DNA of 64,000 nucleotides, taken from positions 62,001 through 126,000 of the forward strand of contig JBEWZL010000008.1 of NCBI GenBank assembly GCA_045837725.1. The letters run 5' to 3'. The position numbers and the translations under genes were made by a program. The number at the start of each line of letters is the position of its first letter. Positions within the stretch are counted from its first letter, which is position 1. The stretch is from Vermamoeba vermiformis. Its lineage: Eukaryota. This document shows, in pieces, positions 13,409 to 26,032 of this stretch. Below the pieces are notes generated by a model that saw only the letters and a program-made list of their open reading frames with translations, had not been told where the DNA came from and did no database searches.

Positions 13409-16257
13409 TTACATGCCGTTATTTACATCGTCTTCAGTTTGACACCTGTCATTCGCAGTGTCGAGCGCTGTCAACAACTGCTCTAACGCGTCACACTCGC
13501 GCTCACTCAGCTGCGCATTGACCGTGCTCAGCGCGTCACGTGTCAACTGCATGACAGGCACTGGCACTAACTGCAACAGATCACGTGACTGTACTTCGCA
13601 CTGAGCACGAACTGCGAGCACGTGATCGAGCAGTGGCTGCACGGTGTCAGGTGTCAGCAGGTAGTGCTCGCATAGCCACACGCACCTATTAATAGCGCAG
13701 TTGTTAGTTCAGTGAACTTGTGGTTCAGTGAATACGTACTCGCACGTGACTGGGGAGCTGCTGACAAGTTTAGTAATGTGCACGTGCCTGAACACGCGAC
13801 TCAACACGTGCAACAGTCCTGCTCCTGAAAATAGCGTCAATACGCGCAAATACATTGGTGCGGCAAATAAAATTAATTGCATTCAAAACGGGTAGTTGAC
13901 CCATATTTAGCGAAATTTCCTAACCTGGTCTGAGGAGCACGTCCCATCCTTGCAGTACGAGCGTGCCACCAACTGTCAAACATGTCAAAGCTACGCATAT
14001 CTCCGCACTAAGTGTTGACCACGTGATCTGCTCGAGTGCGTGGGTGTATTGTTCCGCTGACTCGTGTCGCGTGTGATACTCGATCACGTGACTCACGCCG
14101 TACCGCTCTTTGTGCCACTTGTTGCTGAGATTTCCAATGACAAGTTGACACTGCAATCCACTCACGCGCGAGATTGCGTGTTTGACACCTGTCACCGTGT
14201 CACTCCATGTACTGTTCACATCGAGATACACCACGTGACCGTCAACTTGTAGTGGCATGGTGTGCAGCGCGGTGACACGTGTCATTGCTGTGTGGGCGAG
14301 CAAGGCCTGAACAGCGCGGTTAACGGACTGCTCGTGCTGGCAATTGGACGTACCTGCACAGTGCCACCACGACCGCGTGATAGATCGAGCACGTGACCAG
14401 GATGAGTGGTCAGTGCGTAAAGCGGTCCTAATAATAGCTCCGCTAACTTCTCGCCATCCACGCTGAGATACGAGTGCTGGTACGGTGACTGGAGTGTTGC
14501 GAGCACTCGTTTGACACCTGTCATTCGCAGCGCTGAGCGCAGGGTCAGTTTCCTAATTCGGAGCGCGTCATCGATAAACTTGCTGTGATGCAGCTCAGCG
14601 ACACGTGATCCGAGCACTGGTGCCCCCCACGTGTCAATATCGCGTGACAGCACTCGACTGACAGCTAGTGGCACGTGACACTGGAGGGTGTGTTGCATGA
14701 GGGGCCAGTGCTGCTCTAACAGCGCGTGTACTGGCGAGTAGTAGTACTGCACGTGATTCAGCCAGACTCCTGTGTGACACGTGTCACTCTCCCGCTCAGA
14801 ATTATCGCCACGTGACCAATCTCCCGTGCAGCTCTCTTCTTCGCACCGTGCAGCCACGTGATCGACCAGTCGTTTGTCACGTGGCAAGGGACAGGGCGTG
14901 TAGCGTTGCAACCATTCTTGGGCAATCACGTGCCGATCGGTCAAGATCTGTCTATTTATGGCAGGTGTGCGGTGTCCGTACAGCGCGAGATTTCGTGTGA
15001 TCGTGCGCAGCTGCAGCTCCACGAAGAATTGCGAGCACGTGATCAGATCTTGTACGAAGGTGGCAGGTATGCGATCACGTGCCAGCATCGCGTGCGAGGT
15101 CAGTTGCGTGCACGTGACTTCAGACCAGCTTTCAGTGAATTGCACGAGGATGTCGAGCACGTGCTGATTCAATCCACGGAAATTCAATCCGACGAGGTAG
15201 ACCTGTCAACCCGTTATCCACTGCGCACTGTGGCACTGTGCCACTCGCTTACCTCGGAATTTCCCGCTTTGCTGGCACTAGGCTTGCAGATGATGAGCCG
15301 TTCAAAACTGACACGTGCCAGCAGCAGCGAATTCACTGTCACGTGCTCGAACAGCGTGAACAGCTTGAGGACCAGTGTGCCACCACGGTCCAGTACGCGC
15401 AGTGCCACCAATAATTCACTGAAATGCAACGGTGCAGTCACGTGCTCTTGTTGCTCTGCGCGATGTCAGTACGAGTTTCCAAATAAGGCAATGAACAACA
15501 TACCCGGCACCTCGCTGCAGTCAACGCTGCCATCAGCTGTCACACATGTCACTTTGCGTCCCTCGCGCATCACGTGCTCGACGATGGCATTCATCGTGGA
15601 GCTGCGCAGGAGATTGCCCGAGTCTTCAGGACCAAATATCCAGTGTCTAAATGTGGCAATCATCACGTGATCGTCGCTCAGCATTGTTCCGCACTTGTTC
15701 GACTCGTGCCACGGATTCAACGTGCTCGCCAGCCACGCGTGCTGCAGCTCGGGTCGGTGCGCGTGTACGAAGTGTCTGGTGCTGCTGATGAATGCACCTG
15801 GGGCCTCGCAGAGGTGCAGCGAGCGGAAGGGAGGCTGAGCGGTGTCTCGTGCATCGTGCGCGGGATCTGGAGGCAGAATCTGCTCGCGATAACGCTGCAG
15901 TATTTCGTACAATTTTGCCCACGCAATCGTACATATTTCTAAAATATTAGCATTTATTATTTCGCTGCAATTAAAATTACCTGGCTGGACTTGCTCGCGG
16001 ATCTTGTAAACAACATCGCGCGATCTGCTGGTGAAATCTGTATGTTTACTCCAATGCGTTATATTGACAAAATCTAACTCGCTCTTCATACAATTTAGCC
16101 TTTCTTTTAACGCTTGAAGCTCGGGAATGTGATAGATCTCGCTCGAAAAGTATTCTGCAGCATCGAGCGGTAAAACGAAGAGCGGATCCAACGATTTGAA
16201 CTCATAATACTTGTTAAATAGTTCTTCTACCGAATCAAATTCAAAATCGAGTTGCAT
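13409..16257 (-). CDS. CMTR2: Cap-specific mRNA (nucleoside-2'-O)-methyltransferase 2 (FtsJ-like)
   Basis: AWAKLYE, SLHLCEAPGAFI, WLASTLNPWHE, VTADGSVDC, LVLKLFT and KPSASKAGNSEVY supply the K-D-K-E tetrad of RrmJ-fold 2'-O MTases. A degenerate second MTase-like domain follows. Confidence 0.9.
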
Positions 16258-16379
16258 CGCACATTGTTGTGTTGCTGCGTTTCATGGCGCAGTGACATTT
16301 GAGTATTCTTGTTTCGAATCTTTAAGTTTTCATACGAATTGTATCACTTTTCTCGAGTCGTCCTGCACAATGTGAGCAA

Positions 16380-16452
16380 GGTGTCCGTCCATGGTCAGGG
16401 TGTCTGTCCACGGTCAGGGCGTCTGTCCACCGTGGATGGGGTGTCCACCGAC
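16380..16452. repeat. Short tandem repeat, about 19-bp unit (gtgtcygtccayggtcagg), 3-4 degenerate copies
   Basis: Directly visible at the left edge of the repeat cluster. Confidence 0.7.
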
Positions 16453-18790
16453 CTTAGTAATTGCCAATTCAAATACACCTTGCTTCAGTGAGTAGAACAT
16501 GCATATAGTATATGTGGTTTTTGCTTTCTGGCTGCTGAGGAGTGCTGAACGGAAAGTATGAGGGGATGAAGTTGCCATACATTTTTGATTTCAGAAAATC
16601 ACATCTAAGTGGTGGCACTGAGCTTAACCACCCATACATCCGAATTCACTCTGAAGAAGCTCCAGCTCACAAAACTCAGGGAAAGTGGGCCTACTTCAAG
16701 AGCTCCCACCTACAGTTCTACGGAACAATTTTTTCTTTCTCCGCATTTTAAGCAGTGCCTGCCAAGTCCCTATCTATCTAATCAAATAATAAACTTATGC
16801 ACAGAATTTTATCTAATTTGGTCAACTACTAAAGAGTCGGCCATGCCTTCACGTGGCTCCACTTTTTGCTGGATGGGCGGCCAATCCAGGGTAGGTGACA
16901 TAGCTGCCAAGGTGAGATGTCCAGCCCGGCTAAGTTATCCAGCCCGGCGAAATCCAGCCCAGACAAGTTACTTGCAATGTCCTGAACAAGTAAAAGTATA
17001 TGGGGGTTTGCAAAGAACTTCTTCGCTTTGGGTGGCCATAAGGACAGAGTAACCTGTCCGCCGAAAATTGGACGTCTGCATGGACTGCACGTCCACTGAC
17101 CATACATTATATAGTACGAAGTTTTTAATAGGATTTCTATCGCCATGTATGTGGTTAAGCATATCCCCCCATATAAAAAGGTTTGCCACCATGCTGGACA
17201 AGTTACAACATAAAAAAGTATGGCGGACGTCCTGTCCGCCAAAAATTTTTCGTCCGTCCGTGGACATTGCGTCCGTCCGGGGTCACTGCGTCCGCTGATG
17301 TTAGTAATTGACCAACTTATACCAAACTCGGCCATTAGCATCAGTGGACCCAAGAAGCACTACTATTGGCATCAGGAGGCTTTGGGCTAAATGCCAGAGG
17401 CTGAAAATGGCAATGTTCTGCAAAGAACTTCAGTACTAGAACTTTGTTCTATTTGCTGCAATACCATTGAAACTTTGGAAACACCTAGATCTATCACTAT
17501 CTAAGAAGAAAATATAAGTAATCATCAATGATATTGTAGTGGCAGCAATTTGTAAATTTTCAGCATTAAGTATGAACCCACCCACCAGCACATGTTTGGT
17601 ACAACACAAATATACGTATTTTATGCAACCCTGAACTTTGGCTACAATGCATTGTCACCTAGCTATGAAAATTTTTTATAATCATCTATACTTTTTTATG
17701 TTGTAACGTCCAGTATGGTGGCAAACCTTGTTATAATGAAGGGATATGCTTAATCATATACATGGCATACAGAAATCTTGTTAAAATCTTCATACTATAT
17801 GATGTATGGTCGGTGGACGTGCGGTCCATGGTGGACGTCCAATTTTTGCCGGACAGGTGTCCGCCTATGGATAATGCAAAATTTTTTGGACAGTTAGGTG
17901 ACAATGAATTGTAGCAAGTTCAGTGGTGCAAAATACGTATAGTTGTGTTGTACACAGTATGTGCTGATGGATGGGTTCATACTTAATGCTGAAAATTTAC
18001 AAATGGCTGTCACTACAATATCTTTGACGATTACTCATATCTTCTTGTTATATAGTGATAGTTCTATGTATTTCCAAAGTTTAAATGGTTTTGCAGCATA
18101 TAGAACAAAGTTCTGGTACTTAAGTTCTTTGCAGAACAAAGACATTTTCAGCCTCCAGCGTCTAGCCCAAAGCCTCCTGATGCCTAATAGTCCTTCTTGG
18201 GCCCGCTGGTGCTAATGGACACAGCGACCCAGATGTCCAAGGATGGAAGAAAAACTTTTTGGCAGACGGGAAGTCGCCTATGGATAGCTGGCCAAGCCGG
18301 ACCAGCCACTTCCCACGTTTGCAGTTAGAGGCTGTATCCGGCCCCAGAATGAGGGATTAATCCATTCAACAGCAAGGAATTCCCGCAAAACTTTGTTTCT
18401 GGATAGAACAGAGAACCAGACTGACAACAAAGTCCACCAAAAACTTTTTTTCCATCCTTGAATGTTGGGGGTGCTGCATTGAGTTAGGAGAAAACACCAT
18501 ACACAATCTTAGGCTAAAAGTCAGTTCCTGTAGAACTATTGCTTTTCTGGAGAGATTTCCAAATTGCTTTCTTTGTTTATAGTTTTTCGTCCACCACGCT
18601 GCGCGTCTGCTGACCATACATCATATAGTATGAAGATTTTAATAAGATTTCTATATGCCAAGTATATGATTGAGCAATCCTTTCATATTTAACCGGTTTG
18701 CCACCAGCTGGACAAAGTTACAACATAAAAAATTGTGGATGATGCAAAAAATTTTGGATAGCTTGGTGACAATGCATTGTAGCCAAAGAT
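16380..18790. mobile_element. Decayed non-autonomous repeat cluster (MITE/foldback-like) with interleaved inverted and direct copies
   Basis: About 17050-17220 is inverted relative to about 17690-17860 and direct relative to about 18590-18735. About 17222-17680 is inverted relative to about 17880-18280. No credible protein is encoded. Confidence 0.75.
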
Positions 18791-18994
18791 CCATTCCACT
18801 GTGTAAGTAAGGGATGGTTGATCAGATTCCATTTTTATCATGCAGGGATGGCCTGTTGGTCAACCTCTGTTTATTGAAGGTTGGGTTCTGTCTCAGAGTA
18901 CCCTGTTGAAAAGTCTGCATATTTCAGGTTTCAAAAAGGATCTGTCAATCAAGACCAAGTGCTTGCAAATCCACAGCATAAGAAAGAACGAGAT

Positions 18995-20581
18995 TTATTT
19001 TGTAAACATTTGCACAATCTTCTCATAACACAAAAACATAATTGCTGCATTCGGTACCACCCTAAACCAACTCTCGTTAATAACGCATTCAACACTACGA
19101 GTAATAGCGTACCTCATGAGATGTGGCCCCATGCCACCATACAATCCTCGCACGCCCTCTTCCCGTGCAATCACTGCCATGCCACTGAACACGCCAGGAT
19201 ATTTGTTGCCGTAGCGCTGTTCTCGCAGTCGCGTGCGAATCACTTCGTGTGGATAGGTGGTGACTGACGCGATCAGTTTGGCCACACTCGCCACGGCCAA
19301 GCTGTGCACGGTGGAGAGCGGTGCATTGCGCGGTGTGTTGTGCACTTTGTGATTGTGTTCTGCCACGCGCACTGCAGCAAGGAGGTTAGTACTACACACG
19401 ACGCTACACACGAGTACTACAACGCACCTTTGAGTCGCTCGTACAGCACGAATTGAAAGACGCTCTCGCTGATGCCCAAGTACGAGGCCCCCATGCCCTT
19501 GTAGAAGGCTGCGACACCCTCCGTCTGTTTGATCTTGCGCACTGCGTCCCATATGCTGTTGTACATCTGTCACGCGATTGGTTAGTCAACATTGCCATAT
19601 TTGGGCATCGCGTACTGTTTCAGAGTGTTTTTTGGTCTGCAATTGCATGCGTGTTTTGATGAGCCAGATCGGCTGCGTGATGGTCACTACTGTCGCACCT
19701 GCAGCTATATTTAGACACGTGGTGCATGCCATGTGGTGCTATATTTGGACTCACCAGCCACAGACGAGGAGGTAAAGTGGACCCAAAAAGAATTCGGATC
19801 CATTCCGAACACCTCTTGGAGTGCTGTCTTCGTGTTGCCGTACGTGAAGAATTGAATGGCCCTGTGACACGTGTCAGTGAGGCCAAAAGTAGTGATTGCC
19901 TAATTAAGTAAAGTACCGTGAAGGAACTGCGCCGATAAGATGTGTGCCGAGTCCGCGATAAAGTCCTGCAAAGCTTTCTTCACGGAACAACGTCCTGTAG
20001 TGCCACTAGTCAGTCCACGTGTCTAAAAATAGTTGCAATGACTGACCTGAGCGCGTTAAATGTGCCGAGTCCGAAACGAAATTTCTGTTGCAACGAGTCT
20101 TTGTGATGTGCGGCCTGAGAATAGGGAGTCAATATATATGCAAGAGGGTGAATATAGTGAAGGATGAATATAGTGAAGGATGAGTATATAGTGTGCGTAG
20201 TCAGGCCTAGTGCACACGAGCACGATGATCATATATATAGTGTCGTCGTGTTTGAAGGATTAATCACTGCAACGAGCAGGATCTGCAACGCACCTGCAAG
20301 CGAGTTTTGACGACTTCTAGCGGCGCTGTGATGACTGCTCCTAACATGCCACCAGTACTATGATACGATCATTAGCTTATGACGATGAGTTCAATTGTGC
20401 ACCCAATCTGAGGATCCAGATCGCGGAGTTATTCAAGCACGAATGGTAACGCATTGCATTATAATTATTATCTATATTTACTATTAATCGGCACGTACCC
20501 TCCTGCGACTAAATGCACCCACGGAGGGCATCTGGGAGTTGAGCGCTTTTTGTTGATCTCAGTCTGATTTTTATCTGTCAT
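18995..20581 (-). CDS. Mitochondrial carrier (SLC25), Rim2/SLC25A33-36-like pyrimidine nucleotide carrier
   Basis: Three carrier signatures: TAPLEVVKTRLQ, TQPIWLIKTRMQLQT and TYPHEVIRTRLREQ. C-terminal RVVPNAAIMFLCYE. Many short introns. Confidence 0.88.
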
Positions 20582-20777
20582 GTTGATTTCTAGTTATATA
20601 TAATAATATACAATGCGCAATATATTTGCAGAGCGATTTAATTTGTTCAGATCCGGAACTCTCTGCGTTGTTAAGCCTCTTTGTTGTCGCTCGAGCAAGT
20701 GACTTCAAGTATAAATATAGTCACTCGTTGTAGTGTAGAGCTACTGTTGGAACGAAGTGCACTGAGTTCAGATCGTG

Positions 20778-20841
20778 TTTTCGTGCGCAGTTAAGTCATG
20801 AAATTCGTTGCACAACAGCGTGACTTAACTGCGCACGAAAA
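20778..20841. repeat. Perfect 21-bp inverted repeat with 22-bp spacer
   Basis: ttttcgtgcgcagttaagtca (20778-20798) and tgacttaactgcgcacgaaaa (20821-20841). Confidence 0.9.
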
Positions 20842-20925
20842 AAGCGTGGGGAAAAACACCGGTACAATAACTGCTACACTTCACTCATTTACAACTAGGA
20901 AAGAATATGACCCAATAATAACGTT

Positions 20926-21746
20926 ATGCCGCACTGTATAAATCCAAATTGCAAGGCGAAATATAATCCGAAGAAAGGGACTAATTACTGCAAGAGATGT
21001 GGGACCAAACTCCCCGACGAAGGCGTTGTTTCATCAAAAACTATAGTTATATTGGGCTCTCGCGAAGTCGGCAAAACATCATTAATTTCGCGGTACAAAT
21101 CAGGCACATTTTCAGACAAGGTAAGGAAAATTTAACCATTGTAAATTACTAAAAAATAACGGACAATTCCAGTATGATCCAACAGTCAATGAAAAGATTA
21201 TGAAATTAATGGAGTTTGAAGATAAGGGCGTTATATTGGTACGTACATGCTTCAGAACGAGCACGTGACAAGAGTTCTCACCCTTCGCACTACAGAACAT
21301 TATGGACACGGGTCCTATTACAGGCAGTGCCCTCGACAACTACGTGAATGTGGGCGATGTAAGTGAGACTGAGAGCGGTCAATAATGCGGTGCTGATTGA
21401 TGTGCAGGGGTTCATTCTCGTGTACGATGTCACCAACTACGAGACATGGCGCTACGTGCAGAAGTTGGGACTGGATCTGTTGAGCAAAAAGATGACCTTT
21501 GCAGTACCGATTGTATTTGTAGGCACCAAGTGCGACCTGGCGAACAAGAAAGTCGATCTCGAAGAGGCGAAGATGATGACGGCCGTGTACAAGTACGCCG
21601 CGCTGATTGAAGCGAGTGCCAAGCAGAACGAGCACGTGACCAGTGTGTTCGAGACGGTGCTGGACAAGATGCTGCAGGTGGAGGAGATGCGCCCTGGTGC
21701 CAATGGAGCCGTGCCTGCCAAGAAGAAGGACTGCAAGGTCAGCTAG
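20926..21746 (+). CDS. Divergent Ras-family GTPase with N-terminal 4-Cys zinc ribbon (exons 20926-21120, 21173-21238, 21296-21358, 21408-21746)
   Basis: CINPNC...YCKRCG is followed by GSREVGKT, YDPT, IMDTGPI, GFILVYDVT, VGTKCD, EASAK and a KKKDCKVS CaaX tail. Confidence 0.88.
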
Positions 21747-21856
21747 CACCGCGCTGCAGCTGCGTGTTGTAAATAGTGCTGATCAGCGCGGGGATTGGCG
21801 GTTGTAATCATAAATTGTGAATAGCGTTCATATGGACCTGACCACCACCACTAGTA

Positions 21857-23884
21857 CTAGACGTTGATTGCAGGGAAAAACATGATCTGCACCGCCAACA
21901 AGAGCGAGGCACAGGCAGTGACGATCGGTGTGATCATAAAGCCATATTTGGCAAATTTGAAGTAGGTCATGGGATAGCCCTTGTCGCTCAAAATAGAACT
22001 CCACATGATGCCGGCCAGTGCACCAATCAGCGTCAGATTGGCTCCAAGATTAGAGCCCAGTACGAGTGCCAGCATGGCTCCGAGCTGAGCACGTGACGAG
22101 ACTTGACCATAAAAGGCAGGATCGAGCAGAATTCTGGTGTAGAGAATGGTCATGGGCTGATTGTTGAGCACATTGCAGGCCAGGGTGCTGCTGAAGGACA
22201 CGAGCAGCACTGCGATCAGAATGCTCACTCTGAACACCACGCGATTAGTGTGGTTCATGAACGAGTAGTTCAGTGAACGAACTTACTTATCGTTGTCGTG
22301 CAGCACTGCGTGGCGCAGACCTGTGGCAATGAGATTGGTCCAGCCCGCATCGTACAGGCCCTGGTAGAGTGGTCAGGGGGCACGTGACGGCAGTGCATTC
22401 AGTGAACGGCCTTACCTCCACAATGATGAACACGCCAATCACGAACGGAACGATCTTCCAGGGCAGTCGCAGTGCCACCACGCGCGTGATGCTGTCGTGC
22501 ACCTGATTGGTGGCCAGTGCAAAGCTGCGGTCAGAGTCTGACTCAGACACGTGCTGGGCCTCGGTCACGTGATCTGATTCGCCAATGGTAGCTTCGAGGG
22601 GCACGTGACCGGTGGGTGGCGCAGTGCCAGCAGGGGTGAGCACGTGACCGACCAGCTCTGTTTGACTGCCTGCTGCACTGCTGGGGGGCGAGGGACTCTC
22701 CGCGTCATTGCCTAATTTGGTCAGTAGGAGTGTTCAACTCATCACGTGACTCGTACCAATCACCACAGTGAACCTGCGTTTGTCGCGATAGTGTTGATAA
22801 TCTCGCGCGAGATCTCGCACCAGAATCAGTCCCGCACTCGTGAGGGTGATTGCCCAAATAGGCAAGTGACTCCACGACGAGGTGGACAGCAGCACGAGAC
22901 AGGTACCGAGCACGATTGAATCGTATATCGCACCTAATTAGTCGATGAGTACGTTGTTTCACTGAACGGCATACTCGTTGTATTACCAAATTTGTCTTTG
23001 ATCACGCCCTCAGTGGACACCACTGGCACGCGGAATGTGATCGGAATTTCGTGACGAAACACGAGCATCAACAAGGCAAAGCAAATAATTCCTGCAAAGA
23101 TTCCCACCGAGGCCATCCACACTGAATAGCCTAAAAAGGAAAGTCCATACGCCTCCGCAACGATAATGTTGGTGGGATTGCCAATGAAGAGCTCCAAGCT
23201 GAGTATATTCGCGGCGAAGAACTGTCCAAATAAGGCAGGTGTGGGATCGATCTTGGCGTACGAGGCGAGTGCGGCGATGATGGGCGTGAGGGTCAAGATG
23301 ACAATGTCGTTCGAGGTCAGGATGGTCAGCGCGGCACTGAACAGGAAGAAGTAGCTGAACAGTCGCGTGCCTGTTGCAGTGGTCAGTGCTGTCACGTGTC
23401 ACATGTCACACATCACGTGACAGGTAGTGCCGTACCTGAGCCGCGCGTGGCCTGCACGGTGCGGAGAGCGAGGTAGTCGAAGAGGCCCGTGACATCGAGG
23501 GCTATGCACGTGTAGGCGAGTGAGAAGAACAGAATGATGATCGCGTAGGGCTGCAGCTTGTCGTCCCCTAGCACCACGAGTGGTGAGTGTCGTACTGGCA
23601 CGGTATATAGTGCACCTACCTAGCATGCCACGTGCCACTTGACTGGGTGTCATGGCGGTGCTGAGCAACAGAACGAGCACTGCCAGCACGGGGGTGAGTG
23701 CGTAGTCGAGCTGCGAGGGGTGAGTGATATATATGCATATATATACGACACTACTCACTGTGAAGGCAATGCGGCGTTGATGGAGCGTGAAGTGCACTTG
23801 GATGGGTCTGATGAGGGTGACTATCACGCATATTAGCACCAACATCGTGATGGTCATGGCGTAGGGATGATGTTCACTCTCCAT
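21857..23884 (-). CDS. ArsB/NhaD (ion transporter superfamily) anion or metalloid permease
   Basis: LTSNDIVILTLTP, FIGNPTNIIVA, CNVLNNQP and LGSNLGANLTLIGALAGIMW motifs, with many hydrophobic helices. The substrate cannot be determined. Confidence 0.85.
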
Positions 23885-24210
23885 ATTAGTATTCTAGCAG
23901 TAGAATTGTCGGTGATAGTTGTGTGATGTTCAAGTTGTCAATTTCTGCGCTTATTGCTCCCGATCCGCGTCAAAAATATTGCATACTACTACAATGGAGC
24001 GAATATGAACACTGCGAGATGTTGTCCTTCACTCTTGCGGATGTTGCAAATCAACTGACAAGGAAAATTAATATGTTTCACCCGGTTCATGAAACCTCCA
24101 GACACGTGCTGATCACGTGCTCGATTGCTCAGTACCGCCAACTAACGCGTCAAAAATACCTGCGTGCGTTAGTTACTAACACAGTCCAGTTCAGCACACG
24201 AGTGTCAGTC

Positions 24211-25790
24211 ATGTTCGTGACGCAACTGCTCAAATCTAGTGCCCGTGTGTTGCGCGCACAGAGCAGCACTCGCAGTATAATCTCGAAGACTAGGGCTGTG
24301 CATCACACATCCAGCAATGTACTGGGCGTGACTGCGCGCTCCTTGTCCACCAAGCCCAAAGTGAGTTCAGATCTGCATTGCGCGCACTGCAATAATTCTG
24401 CAATAATATTCGATACGTGCCACTGATTATTATACACCTCTTGCGCACATTCATTGACCTTCATTGTCCCCAGCTGCACATCTACACCACCGACTGCACA
24501 GATCCGCACTGGAACTTGGCCTACGAAGAGCACTTGCTGCGCCACTTCGATGCGAGTCATGCGGAGAATAGGGCACTGTTTATATGGCGCAATGAGCCCA
24601 CTGTCGTGCTCGGCAGATATCAGAACCCTTGGGTCGAGTGCGATCTGCCGCTGGTGGCACAGCTCGGTGCTCATCTCGCGCGCCGAGAGAGTGGTGGTGG
24701 CTGCGTGTATCACGTGAGGGACTTGCCTTATTTGGACATGCCCTGACTGACCAATCGTTGCAGGACCTCGGCAACACGAATTTGACATTCTTCGGCACGC
24801 AGCACAAGCCATTGCCTAATTTGGAAATGATCGTGCGCATGCTGTCGCAACACTTTGGCGTGAGTGCCACCATCACACCGCGCAAAGACTTGGCCGTAAA
24901 TAATCGCAAAGTCTCGGGTAGTGCGTACCGCATCACTGGCGCGCGCTCGTATCACCACTGCACGCTATTAATAGACGCAGATCTGCAAATATTGTGGCGC
25001 GTGTTGCACCCCGATCTACCAGGGCTGATTGACGTACGTGCAGACCACTGATTGACAGGTGTCACTGACCTCTCGCTGCAGACCAAGGCCACGGAGAGTG
25101 TGCGCAGTCACGTGACCAATCTGCGCGAACATCACGTGACACTCACGCACGAGGCACTCACCAGGGCCATGATCAGCACTTTCACTGAAACTTACAGTCC
25201 CGACAGCCCCGATGCCGTGCTGGTACGTGACTTTCCCTCTCAGTATTTGCCTAATTTGGAAATAGAGGACACACGTCACGCGCGCAGATTACGAGCGGAT
25301 TGAAAGTGTCAAAGCGAAGCACACACTGTTCACGGTAAGCAGACTGACAGGTGTCAAACACAGCTCTGACCGCGCTATTTTTAGAGCTGGGACTGGCTGT
25401 TCGGAAACACCCCCGACTTTGTGCTGGCACTCGATCACCAGTTCGCCTTCGGACATTTGGTACTGTCGCGTGACACGTGTCACATCGGTGCTTGGAACTG
25501 ATCTCCATATTTAGACACTGCGTCTGAACTGCAAGAAGGCAATCATTGCGGAAATTGATCTGCAAATTGAGCCCAGTCCACTGACGTCACTTGCCTCCGC
25601 GGAACATCTCGCAGAAATGCAACGACTGCTGTCACGTGACTTGCTTGGCGTGCGGCTATCTCGCAGCGAGATTGAACTCAAATTCGCGCAGCACACACGT
25701 GACGTGAATGCGAGTGCGTACTGCTTCGAGCTGATTGATTTCTATAATTGGCTATTGACGCGCGTACCGACCTCCGAGAGTGCGGAATAA
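24211..25790 (+). CDS. Lipoate-protein ligase / lipoyltransferase with probable mitochondrial presequence
   Basis: WRNEPTVVLGRYQNPWVEC, RRESGGGCVYHDLGN, KVSGSA, HHCTLL and SVRSHVTNL. The N-terminus is Arg/Ser-rich and lacks acidic residues. Confidence 0.92.
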
Positions 25791-26032
25791 CTCTTTATTT
25801 GTACATAAACCTTGCGATGTTGTAGTGACGCCTATTGTATTGTGTTCGCACCACGTGATCAGCGAATGATCTCTGACCAGTGCCACTGATCGGAGTGCTG
25901 TGCCAATCTTTGCAGTAATTCGCGCCTCATTTTCTGTTCAATTTTCATTTTTTTTCAACACTCAACAGTGAAGTCACCGCTCAATGAACATGAGCACGAG
26001 TGTATGATATATATTTATAGAGCCCTGCTATT

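Noticed and set aside
16380-16965. Short repeats (19-bp units; tccagcccgg x3) as a CRISPR array
   Set aside because: No unique regular spacers, no cas genes, and a eukaryotic context.
16542-18617. ORFs inside the repeat cluster as a possible transposase
   Set aside because: They are short, mutually overlapping and non-ATG, and no DDE, RT or Rep/helicase motif is recognisable.
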